A stretch of DNA of 57,833 bases from the NCBI GenBank assembly GCA_025201805.1, contig MU619370.1, positions 30,172-88,004 of the forward strand. Direction: 5' to 3'. Shown piece by piece: positions 12,790 to 25,272 of this stretch. This stretch comes from Parasitella parasitica NRRL 2501. Its lineage: Eukaryota; Fungi; Mucoromycota. Position numbers and translations under genes: made by a program. Each line of letters opens with the position of its first letter. Positions within the stretch are counted from its first letter, which is position 1. The notes beneath the pieces are model-generated. The model ran no database searches and was not told the DNA's origin. It saw only the letters and a list, made by a program, of their open reading frames with translations.

Positions 12790-13594
12790 CTAATGATAAG
12801 CGCTGATACCTAAACATTCAGATACTGTAACAAAGGTATAGCCCTCGGATGTAATATAATCAACCATCCAAGGAGTGAGTTCAACAGCGGAAGACTCATG
12901 AACATCATGTTGAAGAGAGATATGACCGTTTTTGTCAGTCTCAACAACGTCCCGTACAAGCCCTTGTTCAAAAGCTAAACCCTTCAACTCATAATCTTTA
13001 GTATCGATATCCCACAAAATATTGCTGTAACCAAGGTCATTTAATACAACAGAAGCAGCATTATCAAGCTCACCCTCAGGAGGTCTCATAAGACGAGGTC
13101 TTGACGATGACAAAGAATGATTAGCATACTAAACCTGTCAAAATGTAAGAATAAGCTTACCTTTGGCCTATTGCTTGATAAATGAGATCAGATTGCTGGT
13201 TCATTTGATATTGGACTTCTGCAGTTGTTAGGCCTTTGAGTACCTTGTGCTCATAAGTATGACTACCGATTTCATGGCCCAGTTCGTGGTAATATTTAAG
13301 AACATCAGTGTAAGACTTGATGCCATCGCTTGTGCTGGTTGTAGCTGTGTCGAAATTTTCAACCCAATTATTACCATTTGTAAAGAAAGTAGCCTTGATA
13401 CCCTTAGAATGAAGATATTTAGCGAGATCCCACGAGTATTGGAATGGTCCATCATCAAATGTCAAGGCAAATTGACCAGGCTGGACACAGTGATTATAGG
13501 TAGGCACTGAGGAGGAAGAGTGTCTATTAGTAGTGGGAGCAGCAGAAGCAATGGCGGCTAATGTAAATGCGATAATAGAGGTGAATGCTTTCAT
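12790..13594 (-). CDS. Secreted polysaccharide/chitin deacetylase (CE4, NodB domain), copy 1
   Basis: Signal peptide MKAFTSIIAFTLAAIASA; motifs TFDDGP, HTYEH, RPPEG, DTKDY, LQHD; intron 13100-13160. Confidence 0.93.
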
Positions 13595-14426
13595 TTTAAA
13601 TTGTTTTTGAAAAATACACAATGATGGTGATGAATGAAAGAAGCTTCACTTTTTGACATGTATTTATACTTATCGAAACTATTTTTAAGCAAAGCCCAAA
13701 TGGCTTCGAGTTGCACAATACACAATGCGAAGCTACGTTACAGAATTTATGCGCAATCTGTCATCGATTCTAAATACAAGTACGAAGAATAAGTTTTCAA
13801 ATGGATATTTTGCGGTATCTTGAGGAAAATAAAAGCACTCGATTCCTGAATTCATCAGGCTGTAAAAACATTACACCATCAGTGCGCATTTTGCCTACAC
13901 AGACTATAATATATAATGTGTTGTCTATTTTTGTCGCTTTAGTAACTTAAGAGAACATGGTGCAGACGCCCAATGCATACTATTTATAACAACAGCGCAT
14001 TTGTGACCAAAATTATACAAATAAAGCGCACTCGACAAAAAAAAAATATGATAAAGTATAATCAGCCTCATGAAGAAAGATATTGTTTAAAGTATGCACG
14101 TACACCATAAAATATGTAATGTGGCTCAACAGTTCAACTTGAATAAACCTCCAGCAGGATGAAACGTTTATCTACCGTTCCCTATTGCATTTCTATAAAA
14201 AGCACAAGTCAATGCTATAATTGTACATTTCGTCATATTATCACAATTCTCAAGAAATACAAGATTGGCAAGAAATGTGTTCCGGTAACCACCAAGAACT
14301 CTATTCTTACTTTATATAGAAAACTTGATTTACGCCACCTTTGTATGTATTGATTTTAAAGGAGAGGGTGTAATAATTTATTCATAAATGTTTAATAGTA
14401 TACAAAAATATGGTTTGCTACGTATA

Positions 14427-15279
14427 TTAAGCGACTGGATGATAGGCATCCACACCAATACAGTCAGATACAGTGACAAATTGCAAACCTTTCTCTCTGA
14501 CATATTGAGTCATCCAAGGAACAAGTGTATTCACAGTACTAGCATGAATGTCATGCAAAAGACTAATGTGTCCCAGTGTTGTTGGAGTGTCAGCATCCAT
14601 AATTGTTTGGACAATGGCTTGTTCAGCAGCTAATCCACTCAACACCCAATCTTTAGTATCAACATCCCACATAACATTACTGTAGCCAAGCTCTTTTAAT
14701 ATTCTGCTTGCGCTATCATCCAAAGCACCCTCTGGTGGACGCATTAACTGAGGTCTTCTCCCGGTGGCGGCAAATATTACATCTGATTGCGCATTCATTT
14801 GTCTCCTCACTTCAGCCTCTGACTTGTTTGCTAGGTTGAGATGTTCAAAGGTGTGGCTTGCAAGCTCATGGCCACTATCATAGTAGTATTTGATAACTTC
14901 CAAATAAGTCTTCATGCCATCCGAAGTGTTAGTAGGCGTGTTATTATTGAGAATATCACTGATATGTATTATACACAAGATAATTAGAGATAAGGATATA
15001 TATGATTCAGCTTGTAAATGCATCAATTTCTTACACTGTGTTATTGCCATTGATAAAAAAAGTTGCTTTGATGCCCTGCTGGTACAGGGACTTTGCTAAA
15101 TCATAAGAGTACTGGGAAGGACCATCATCAAAAGTAAGAGCAAAGACCCCAGGTCTGTTACAATGATCGTAACGAGTAACTAAGGAACTGTCAATTGTGG
15201 AATTGGTAGTAACAACTGGAGCAGCAGCAGCAAGCCCGCTCAACATCAACGCAGTAAGAGTCAATACAAGACAATGCAT
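14427..15279 (-). CDS. Secreted polysaccharide/chitin deacetylase (CE4), copy 2
   Basis: Signal peptide MHCLVLTLTALMLSGLAAA; motifs TFDDGP, HTFEH, RPPEG, DTKDW, LLHD; intron 14959-15034. Confidence 0.93.
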
Positions 15280-16495
15280 GATTTTGGATTTGAATATATA
15301 AATTAGATGTTTGGGTATGTGTATTTGTTGAACTAAGAATAAAAATGAAAATCTTATACATGTATTTATACTTTCCCCACAATTTGTGAATTGCATGTCA
15401 TATAAAGTATCTATCAGAAGAGTCATTTGATTTTTTTTTCATAAACCACATATCATAGATCTTCCTTCTTATTGCAAAGCCCCGGCCTCTCTTTCTTCGT
15501 CTATCATATAAAAAAGGATTCCAAAGCCATATTATGCACAATAAAAAAAAATACAAAACACAGTGTTTATATATATACACCCTGCGAACTTTTTTTTAAG
15601 AAAAGTATAGACACGATATGTGTATAAAATAACTTACTCTATTGCTTTGTGAATAAAACTATCTATAATACATACATCAAATACTTTAATTTTGATGATT
15701 TTTCCTTTACAAGCTAAAAGAGATCTACAGGATCAACTTGTGTTATAAGAACTGAAATCTAAACTTAGGTTTTGCTGTTGTATCAACAAATAAAAATGAC
15801 TTTGGCTTAAACTTTATTTGTCAAGATATGGTATCTGCTTTCAGCCTCCATGATGATACAAGCCCAAATCATAAAACTCAATTACGTATAATCAGCATCA
15901 TTATGCACACCGTTTATTTTAGGATTTGCACAGCCATAATAATTTTCGTAGCAAAGTAAGTTAATTTTGTAAGCATATGTATCTGTAATAGAAAATCACT
16001 AGACTTTTCACTGACTGTGGCTGCGAATGTATTAGATCAAAGGATAGTTTATTCAGATATATATTTGTAAAAAGTATCACAACATCTGGGCATTCAGAAG
16101 GTCAATCATGAAAGGTAAATGTAGAATTTAATATTATATTTAAGATGTATCAATTTTGGCTGTAAAGCAAGTTCGCGCATTCTATATATCACAACTCAAC
16201 GAGAGGAGACGTTCACACAGCAGTGAAACTCTTGTTTGTTAGACCATGTCTAAATTCGAGAAAATTCAAGTTATTCTCCCGATTTGCACATAATTTACTC
16301 TGTTTAAAGAGCATTTATCTCATGCGTACTTTTTTTTAAAAAAATTTCTGAAATTGGAATATGAGGTTTGAAGCCCAAAAGCTGCAAAAAAAAGCTAGCC
16401 AATAGTAGCAGGTGAAGGGAACTTGAATATATTATAAGAGAGCAGGCCTTGGCTGTATCTCTATGCTTAGTAGTTTGCAATTGCAGATTATGCCT

Positions 16496-17700
16496 TTAAG
16501 CGGGGGACAAGCTAATATTTCAGATTTGGTGGTAATAATTTCATCCAAAAACGAGGGTATACAAAAATACTGAGCCCATATTATACAATATCTTAGCTAT
16601 CGATTTATATTGAGACATACCAAAGTTACCTAATAGGAATCAGCCTTTGCTCCTCAATTGAAAATAGGCGGTGTTCTCATTTACAGTGAGAAAAGAGGCT
16701 GTAAATTCAAGTGTGTTTCCATTTGACCCAAACCAGAATTGAAGAATTTTTGCAGTAGTTCATTGCTGGATAACTCAAAAACGTAATAGGTATATCGAAT
16801 ATGCGTGCTAAGTGTTTTATAACAAGAAATAAATTTTTCATCTATCCGTATAGATGACAGGGCTATATGAACATCTTTTCTTATTACCAATTTTCAAATA
16901 TCCGAAAAACGCACTTTTCGATAGTTTTTGAGTAAAAGCAAACATATTTTGAGCACATTCAGTTCTATAAACTTGACCAAACAAACCATCATGTCAATGC
17001 CTACACATCAGTATCTTTTTCACAACTGTAGCTTTATTATATCTGCCGAAAATCAAAATCTTGTCTCGACCAAAATGAATCCACCATTTTCCGGTCCTAT
17101 GATTAGAGGGCCAAAATGAAGCCATTCAAAAGGGTAAAAATCAATTCTGTTTTTCGAGATTTCCTCGCTCAGAAATTGGTATTTTTTGACCAAATAAAAA
17201 CCATTCGTCAGCTATGTTGTAGCTCTATTTTTGTGTTGCTATATTATGTATCGTTATATACCATTTATTGCTCTGAAATTTATGAAAATAAACTAAGCCT
17301 CTGCTAAAAACATATGAAAAAAATTTTTTTTCGACATATCTATCTAAAAAATGATACATCTAGTAGAGAATCAGATTTCAATACGATTTTAATAATTACT
17401 CAAGCCAAAGTGTCATAATAGTTTTTTGAGAAACAGGGTAACAAAGTTTAACGTAAAAAGACAAAATTGGCCCAAGCTTGTCGAATTGGAGCTTGAATAC
17501 GACATGTTTATTACCAGTAGCTGTACTAAAACGTGCTTTTTTACTTTACTTAGGAACCTGAACTTGGTTTAGTTGCAAAATTTGGTACTTCTTATAGGGT
17601 TACATGCTGTAAAATCTACAAAATCTGCAATATTTCGACAGCAAAGATGCGTATCGAGAGTCGTAAAACGTATTGATGTACAGTTATCATACTAGTATTA
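16496..17700. mobile_element. Probable non-autonomous DNA transposon relic (boundaries approximate)
   Basis: Non-coding; starts at TTAA-GCGGGGGAC. Nested palindrome: ACTCAAAAAC (~16772) / GTTTTTGAGT (~16924) flanking hairpin TCATCTAT-ccgt-ATAGATGA (~16838-16857). Recurring GTTTTT(C/T)GAGA motifs at ~17150 and ~17421. Confidence 0.45.
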
Positions 17701-18296
17701 GCCTGTATTCTTAGTTTGGATCTCAAATCACTACCTAAAAATGACCCTGAAGGTTGACCCAAAGTTGAGATTTTCTTCCGTTCGCTTCGGTCACTACAGA
17801 CCAGCTACGCTGTGATGAAAAATCTGTGGACTGCAACAAAAAAAAGAATACCTCCTTGGGGATCGGACTCGGGCAGCTATTGTGGTACAGTATACCAAAC
17901 AGTTTTTTTAGAAGCGCGCATCTTTTGAAAGAATGATATAACGAGGGTTGCCCATGATTTACCTCAGGTACCACTAATATCAGGAGTGAGACCACTCCTT
18001 CTTATCTAAGAGACCTACAAGATAACCTGAGTACAACAGCTAGAACACACATAAAATGCTGCTTGCGCTCATATGTAATGGTGCTAGCCTGTTTCTACTC
18101 ATCCACAATGCTTCCGCATAGCCAAGGCGAGCGATGAGCCACTCTTTGGCCATCCAGCAATACTTTGAAGTTTGCCTTGAAGAAATCAAGATGAACCTTT
18201 CTTGATGAGCTAACTGATGGTTTTTTTTTTTTTTTTTTTTTTTTTTGGGTTGATGACACTTATTTTTTTTAAACTTTATTTAATAGTAAAAAATAG

Positions 18297-19384
18297 CTAC
18301 TCCGTGTTTAAGAACTCACTAACAGATGGATCATCATCTGCATTGACCATTTCATTGAAAAAGCTATCAGTTCCCTCTTCTTCTTCGCCATCTTCGAAAT
18401 ACATTTCTATATTATCGTCTTGCTGCTGTCTGGATTGATTGGTATCCCCATTAGTTGCAGTGGGTTGATTATCGATATCCATGATTGATTGATCTTGTAG
18501 TGGGGTTTTGTTTTCTGCTAGAGAGTTTTCGATTTGTATTTGAGGTTGTTGTTGAATTTGAAGAGATTGCTGTTGCTGTTGATGCTGCTGTTGCTGTTGC
18601 TGTTGCTCTGTTTGAGACTGAGGTTGAGACTGGGCTGACGTGTCCTCTTCAATTCCAGGTATTGTAATAGCTTTCACATTTTGCGAAGAATGCTCAACTT
18701 GAGTGCCTAATTCTTTTGCTAAATGGTTGGCAGCTTCGTCAATAGACTAGAAATAGTTTTCGTTTTCATTCATTAGAAAGGCCTTCCAAGTCTATTAAAT
18801 CTGGGTTACCTCTAATGTGTTGGATTCGTTTAATCTGCTCATCAATGTCCAAAACGTCTCCTGTTCTTTTACAAGTCTCTGCATTTTATCGTCATGGTCT
18901 TTCTTTTGAGTTGATGTCTTTTCCTCAAGTTTTTCCTATATTTACTGAGTGTAAGTATCTCTCTCTCTTCTGAAGCTGTCTAAAATTACAATTTGTTTCT
19001 CGAGCTCTTCTTTAGTTTGACTAATATCTAACGGGGGTGGCAAAATAGATGCTGGAATATACAGTGGTAAGAAGGGATGATTGTTCACCGTGTCAAAACT
19101 GTTACCTGCGTTGTACGGCGTAAAAATTTCGGATAAATAATCATGATTGCGCTTGTATCTGGCCATGGCAATATCACGAGCAGAAATATCATCTAATTCA
19201 TCTCCTGAGGGCTCATCAGCATCGTCTGCCATGATAGGATTCTGTCTGGAAGGCTGTTTCATGTTAGACATGGCTAGATCCAGTAAATAAAATTGATTGT
19301 AAATTTACCTTGCTATGAGCACGCTTTCTATTAGAATCATTGATGACTTGACTTCTATATTGTTGCGGGTGTTGTTGTTGATGG

Positions 19385-19445
<61 letters not shown>

Positions 19446-19578
19446 GCTGGATGTAATGTTGTGGTATGGGATTGATTCCAATTTGGCCAGGGATACCTCT
19501 TTGTGGCTGCTGTTGAGTCATCGATGTAGGAGGAGCAACTCCAGCTTGTTGTTGATTATAATAGTATGCAGACGCCAT
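18297..19578 (-). CDS. PolyQ protein with SWI/SNF-RSC subunit Ssr4-like C-terminal domain
   Basis: GDELDDISARDIAMARYKRNHDYLSEIFTPY..ILPPPLDI resembles the conserved Ssr4/DUF1750 C-terminal motif (recalled, not searched). Several GT-AG introns, e.g. 19254-19308. Confidence 0.65.
19370..19448 (-). repeat. CAA/CAG trinucleotide repeat encoding a ~22-residue polyQ tract
   Basis: (TGC)n(TGT)n directly visible on the + strand. Confidence 0.95.
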
Positions 19579-19823
19579 GTTTGTGTGCTTAAAACGCGCC
19601 TAGATAAAATATTCCTTCTTTCAACTCTTTAATGTGACTCTGAGAGTACAATGTTCCCATTATGGTACGTCATCTGGGCATTGGATGTTTGATTTGATGA
19701 TGATGAACTTCGAGGCGGACTCTTTTTAAGAAGCTGAACGCGCGGCCCTCAGCGTATTAAAGCGACCTTCAAATGAGCAATATCTCTCTTCTTTCTACAT
19801 TTAAAAGTTAAAACACAAGCATA
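19579..19823. promoter_or_regulatory. Compact bidirectional promoter between the Ssr4-like gene and proteasome alpha7
   Basis: Divergent ATGs at 19578 (-) and 19824 (+), separated by only 245 bp. Confidence 0.65.
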
Positions 19824-20773
19824 ATGACTTCTATTGGTACAGGAGTAAGTCCAGATAACCAGCAAGCTCAACCATGATTGAATAACATAGGCTTAATTTG
19901 TCTTTTTTAGTATGATTTGTCCGTTTCAACCTATTCTCCTGACGGACGCGTGTTCCAAGCTGAATATGCAAATAAGGCGGTAGATAACAGTGGGTAACTA
20001 TCGCATATGTAATGGTTGAATAGCCGTGCACAGGTGCTCACGAAATACCTATTATAGTACTGCCATTGGACTTCGTGTTAAAGATGGCATTGTTTTAGCT
20101 GTTGAGAAGCTTGTTCAATCAAAACTTTTAGTTGAAGGCTCTAACCGTCGTATTCAAAGCGCAGATCTTCACATTGGTATTGTAAGTAAATACTTGTCAA
20201 GCCAAGTTGCGATACTCAACAAATTAACAATATATATATATATAAAAGGCTACCGCAGGTTTGTTAGCTGATGGCAGACACCTTGTAAACAGAGCTCGCG
20301 ATGAAGCACAAGCTTGGAGAGATATTTACAGACAACCTATTCCCGGAAAGACCATTGCTGATCGCATAGGCCAATATATTTCTGCCTATACTTTATACTC
20401 AAGTGTTCGTCCATTTGGTACATCCACTATTATTGGTGCCATGACCGAAAAAGAAGAGCCAACTTTATATATGATTGAACCCTCTGGAGTTTATTGGGGT
20501 TACAGAGGCTGTGCCATTGGCAAGGGCAAATCAGTAGCTAAAACTGAAATCGAAAAGCTCGACCTAGAGAACATGACAGTTCGCGAAGCAGTGACTCAAA
20601 TCACTCGGATCATTTATACATGTCACGACGATGCAAAGGACAAAGACTTTGAGTTGGAATTAAGTTGGATCTGTGCAGAATCGAAATACAAACATCAATT
20701 TGTACCAAAGAAACTCAAATTGGAAGCAGAGACACTAGCAAAGGAATCCTCGGACGATGAGATGGAAGATTAA
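19824..20773 (+). CDS. PRE10: 20S proteasome subunit alpha type-3 (alpha7)
   Basis: [27 protein letters not shown].., [22 protein letters not shown], acidic tail. Exons ~19824-19844, 19911-19993, 20059-20181, 20249-20773. Confidence 0.95.
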
Positions 20774-20874
20774 AAAGCAAAGAAGAAAAATAAAATGGGA
20801 ACACGATTTTTTTTTTATATATTTATATATTTATAAATTTATATATTTATTATATATTTATTGATTTATTGATT

Positions 20875-23800
20875 TTATTCTTTCTTTTCATTGAACAATT
20901 GCTCTTGTTTTTTGCGCCTCTTTTTCTTACTAGCACAGTTCTTCAATGCTAATTTCATTTCCATCATTGTAAACGGTTTACTGATAAAGTCATTCATTCC
21001 TGCATCAATGCAAATCTGGCGATCTTGTTTGGAAGCTGACGCTGTTAATGCAATAATATAGACATCATTGACATTTAGAAGAGGCTTCTGTTGCTGTGCA
21101 TTTTCAGGCAGAATAGGCGGTGGTGGTAAATTATGTTTGCGTTCAGATATAATATGGCGTGTAGCTTCCAAGCCGTCCATTTCAGGCATGTAAAGATCCA
21201 TGAAAATTACATCAAATTTATGTACACGCATTAATTCTAATGCTTCACGACCATTGCCAGCAATGATGACATCCTGAAAACCCAACCGTTTCAATATACT
21301 AACAGCGATTTTTTGATTTACTATGTTTCTTAATGTAAGTGCTACTTGACTAATTGTAGAGAGATAGCTGCTTGGTACTTACAGACATTATCTTCGGCCA
21401 ACATGATCTTGACAGGATATAATAAAGCGAGATTTTCTTCGTTGGGAACGTTATGCGATTTGCGGTTATGTTTGGATATAGTCATTTTCGAATTTGCAGA
21501 AGATTTCGTCTCATTTGACTCTTGTGGTTTAGGATGATGTGTCTGCGATTGTACTGTGGGGTCAATGGCAGTGTTGTTGTTAGCCATTGTAGTGGTAGTG
21601 GTAGTGGTAGTGGTAGTAGGACTAGCTGTTGCAGTGTTATTAAGATTGTTTGTAGATGGCTCTGTAGATATATCATGCGATTTCGACAGCATACTCTGCA
21701 GCCCTTTGCTAATGTTCATAGTAAGACTAATATTATTTGATATTGTATTAGGTGTACCGTTCATGCTGTTGAAGTTGAAAATATCTGCGTTTATTGTATT
21801 GCCTTGATCATTCAAAAATGTAGGTGGAGGTGAAGGAGTAGAGGGTATAATTACATTCTCCCAAGGAAAACTAGTTGTCGCGTTGTTATACGTTCTGCTG
21901 TTGATGTTGGTGAAATAGCCTGTCGAATTCGATGGCGACGAAGAAAATGTGTTGATAGTATTTCCATTCGCCTCAAGGTTACTCTTTTGATCGCCTATAC
22001 TTGAGCCACCATCCGAAATGGAGGAGCCTGGCGAAGGCGGCGAAGCAATCATACCACTACTGGCACTCTCTGATGTTTGACCAAAGCTAGATGTTGCGAT
22101 AGACGGCGGTCTTTTACAAGACACGGATAAAGGCATTGTTAATGTAAATCTCGAGCCTAATCCTTCTTCTGATTCAACCCAAAGACCACCACCCATACGA
22201 TTTACTAGCATATTTGAAATCGCCAAGCCAAGGCCAGTACCGCCATAACGCCTGGCAGTTGATATGTCTATCTGAGAAAACGATTTGAACAGCCTTGGAA
22301 GTCGATCAGCAGGCATACCAATGCCTGTATCAGTTACAGATATTTCCAGAATCACCTTCTCAGATGCATCATTCTCTTCTTCGGTTGTAGTGCCTTCTTC
22401 AGTATCCTCATTATAATAGGCGCCAGCGCCATTACTGTTTATTTCTCCTCTTTTCTGCATACCACGGGAGTAGATACCTTCACTTTTGGCATCATAACGT
22501 TCCTTGAAGTTTATAGATTTACAATCATCGTTAGATTTTTGAGTGCCTCCAGGAGGCGCATGGATGGCTATTTTGACACGAATGCCTCCTTTTTTAGTAA
22601 ACTACACCCGTTAAATAATAATGTACATTTAGCCATTTTTCGTTTTTTTTTTTTTCAACAGTATATTGTACCTTCACAGCATTCGAACACAAATTCAGTA
22701 GTATTTGAGTTAAACGCATGGAATCGCCAGTTAAGTAATCAGGAACATCGGCATCAATTTTCCATAGCAACGGCAATACCGTTTTTTCAGTGTCAAAATG
22801 TGGAATGGATTGATTCAGTTCAATTTGATCAATCAACCGATTTAACGGCGTGTTGTCATCTACATTAGGAGGGCATTCTGCGACACAAATCAGCTTGTTG
22901 TGTTGGGTCATTGAGGCTTGATGACGGGCCATGTTCAATGCATCTTTTTTTTTTTAAAAAAAAAAAAAGAAAATATGTAAGTATATATTAAATATAGAAA
23001 GATTTAGTATGGGCGACATGAATTAGACAATTGGTGAAGCACTGTTTTACCTTTTACGCATTTTCTAATGCTAAATCTTCTTTGCTCCAGCTTGAATTTC
23101 GGATCATGATTGATTTTAGAAATATCCAAAATATCGTTGATAACTGTCAAGAGATGATTGCCGCTAGTTTGAATTACTTCCAAGTGCTCTGTTTGCTCCT
23201 CATTCAGTAAACTTCTTTCCTGGAGCAAAAGATCAGTCAATGCAATGACTGCGTTCATTGGTGTTCTAAATGATTGTTAATGAGGTGCTATGATGTCCCA
23301 AATATATCATAGAAGCACACGTACCTAATTTCATGGCTCATGTCAGCAAGAAACTTAATTTTGCTTTGCGCATCTTTGATCGCTGCATTCTTGACCATGA
23401 CTAACTGCTCTCTTTGTCTCGTTCTTTCTATTTCGTTTTTCGTCCTTGTCTTCACAGCCAACAATATTTTCTGGATATTGTCCAATTGAGTTGCGCTTAA
23501 TGGACTATCGTTCATGACCGATATTAGTCCAACCGGCACTTGGTCTTCATCCAATCGAGTGCCAACATAAGTTTGAAATTTCGGGTAAATTGAGTCAAAC
23601 TCGTCGATGATTGTATAGTTTTCTTGGTGGATTGTCTGAATATGAGGTGAATTTGGCTCCAAATAGGATTTTGGTACAGCAGAGTGCTTGGTTCTACATA
23701 ATCAAGTTGAAAATGCCAAGTGATAATTAGCACGTTTAACCGGAAAGGGAGGAGGAGGAGGAGGAAGGGTGGGGGAGGGGGGGGGGGTTTAACTCACAGT

Positions 23801-24138
23801 GCAGAGTGATTGACATTGGAGTAACATGCTTTTACAAACATGTATTGCACTCTGTCTTTTGGGTGTTCTAGTCCGACTGGAGATGTCTCACGGCTTTCGT
23901 TATGACTATCATGCTGATCGTCATGTTCAATTACATTTATATATGAACATCCCTCATTGTGCTTCAAGTCGTGATATTCTTTACTAGTCAATAACCGCTG
24001 TATCATAACCGTTTGTACTCCAGTTGACAACGCAATTTCTTTTACTAATTTCTCTAGAAATGCATCGCTCACTTCTGAAAAACAATTGCTATAAATAGTC
24101 GAGATTACATCTTGGATAGCATGATTAGTGTCGCTCAT
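20875..24138 (-). CDS. Hybrid sensor histidine kinase (GAF-like N-terminus, HisKA, HATPase, receiver)
   Basis: H-box FLADMSHEIRTPMN; N-box QILLNLCSNAVKFT; G1 DTGIG; G2 GGTGLGLAI; receiver LAEDN..FMDLYMPEMDG..ALTA..SKPF; multiple introns. Confidence 0.95.
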
Positions 24139-24197
24139 TTTTTGATACGACTAGCACAAAGTAGATCGTCGTCTTTGGAGTATTAGTATAGATTGCA

Positions 24198-24199
<2 letters not shown>

Positions 24200-24278
<79 letters not shown>
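24200..24278. repeat. 79-nt poly(dA:dT) homopolymer just upstream of the histidine kinase start
   Basis: Directly visible; the length may be assembly-sensitive. Confidence 0.9.
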
Positions 24279-24280
<2 letters not shown>

Positions 24281-25071
24281 CAAGAAACGAGCTAATAGCG
24301 CTACTACAAAATACCACCAACAAAACTTATCTCAAAATGCACAATTCATAAAGGTACACAAAGCTGTATGTAAGAGGAGCCGATATCAAATAGTAATCAA
24401 CAAAAACACGTCATAGAAGCACAAACAAGGCTGTATTTGCCAGTGGAGAAACGTGTAGAATTTTCTTTGTCATCTTTTAGATGCCCAAGGAAATCGCAAA
24501 TAATTGTCCAGGTAATGCGACATCTTGGAGCAATCAGAAGCAATACAGCTTTTAAACATTTGATTCAAGATGCTTTTCATAATAGCTGTTGGCTACACCA
24601 AATTTAAAGTTTACAGAAATCCGTTTTCGTTTTCGAGCTATTCGAAAATAGCCAGACTTGGGATGATGCAACTGTTTGAAATGTTCTAGTTTTGTAAGAC
24701 CCAGGCATGGATATTTTCCACGACCTTATATATATATAATGTCATTAAAATAATAAGAACCAGTTTGATGCAAATAGCCGACTCAAATTGATTCACACAT
24801 TTTCTTTCCCCCAAATACCTTCCATTTGATCATTTGAACATGTCGCTTTTTTGCGAAATCAACTTTGCATTTTTTTTAGTCTTGATGATATAGACGAAAT
24901 TTCTAAAGATGTTTTGTCAAGCGCCATATATGTTCAATTTTATAAATTACATCACTTTGATTACACATCTAGATTTTTTTTTAGGTTTCATGCTAATAGT
25001 TTGATGAAACGTAACACCAAGCAAATAAATTGGGGTTTTTTCTCTGATTTTAAGAATTATTATATATTTAT

Positions 25072-25235
25072 TTAAACGGTGGTTTCTACTACATTATCAA
25101 TGAATGCTTGGTTTTTATCATCAGAATGGTCATCCTTGCTGGGTGTGGTAGGACGAGAAAAAGAATCGTTTGTACTGACGGAGGTCATTTCGTTGCTAGG
25201 TTGCTGGTGCTGATTGGAACCCTGAATTTAGAACC

Positions 25236-25272
<37 letters not shown>

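Noticed and set aside
17735-18215. GC-richer coding-like stretch with hairpin AGGAGTG-agac-CACTCCT
   Set aside because: The frames examined are interrupted and show no recognisable motif; possibly a TE relic but unassignable.
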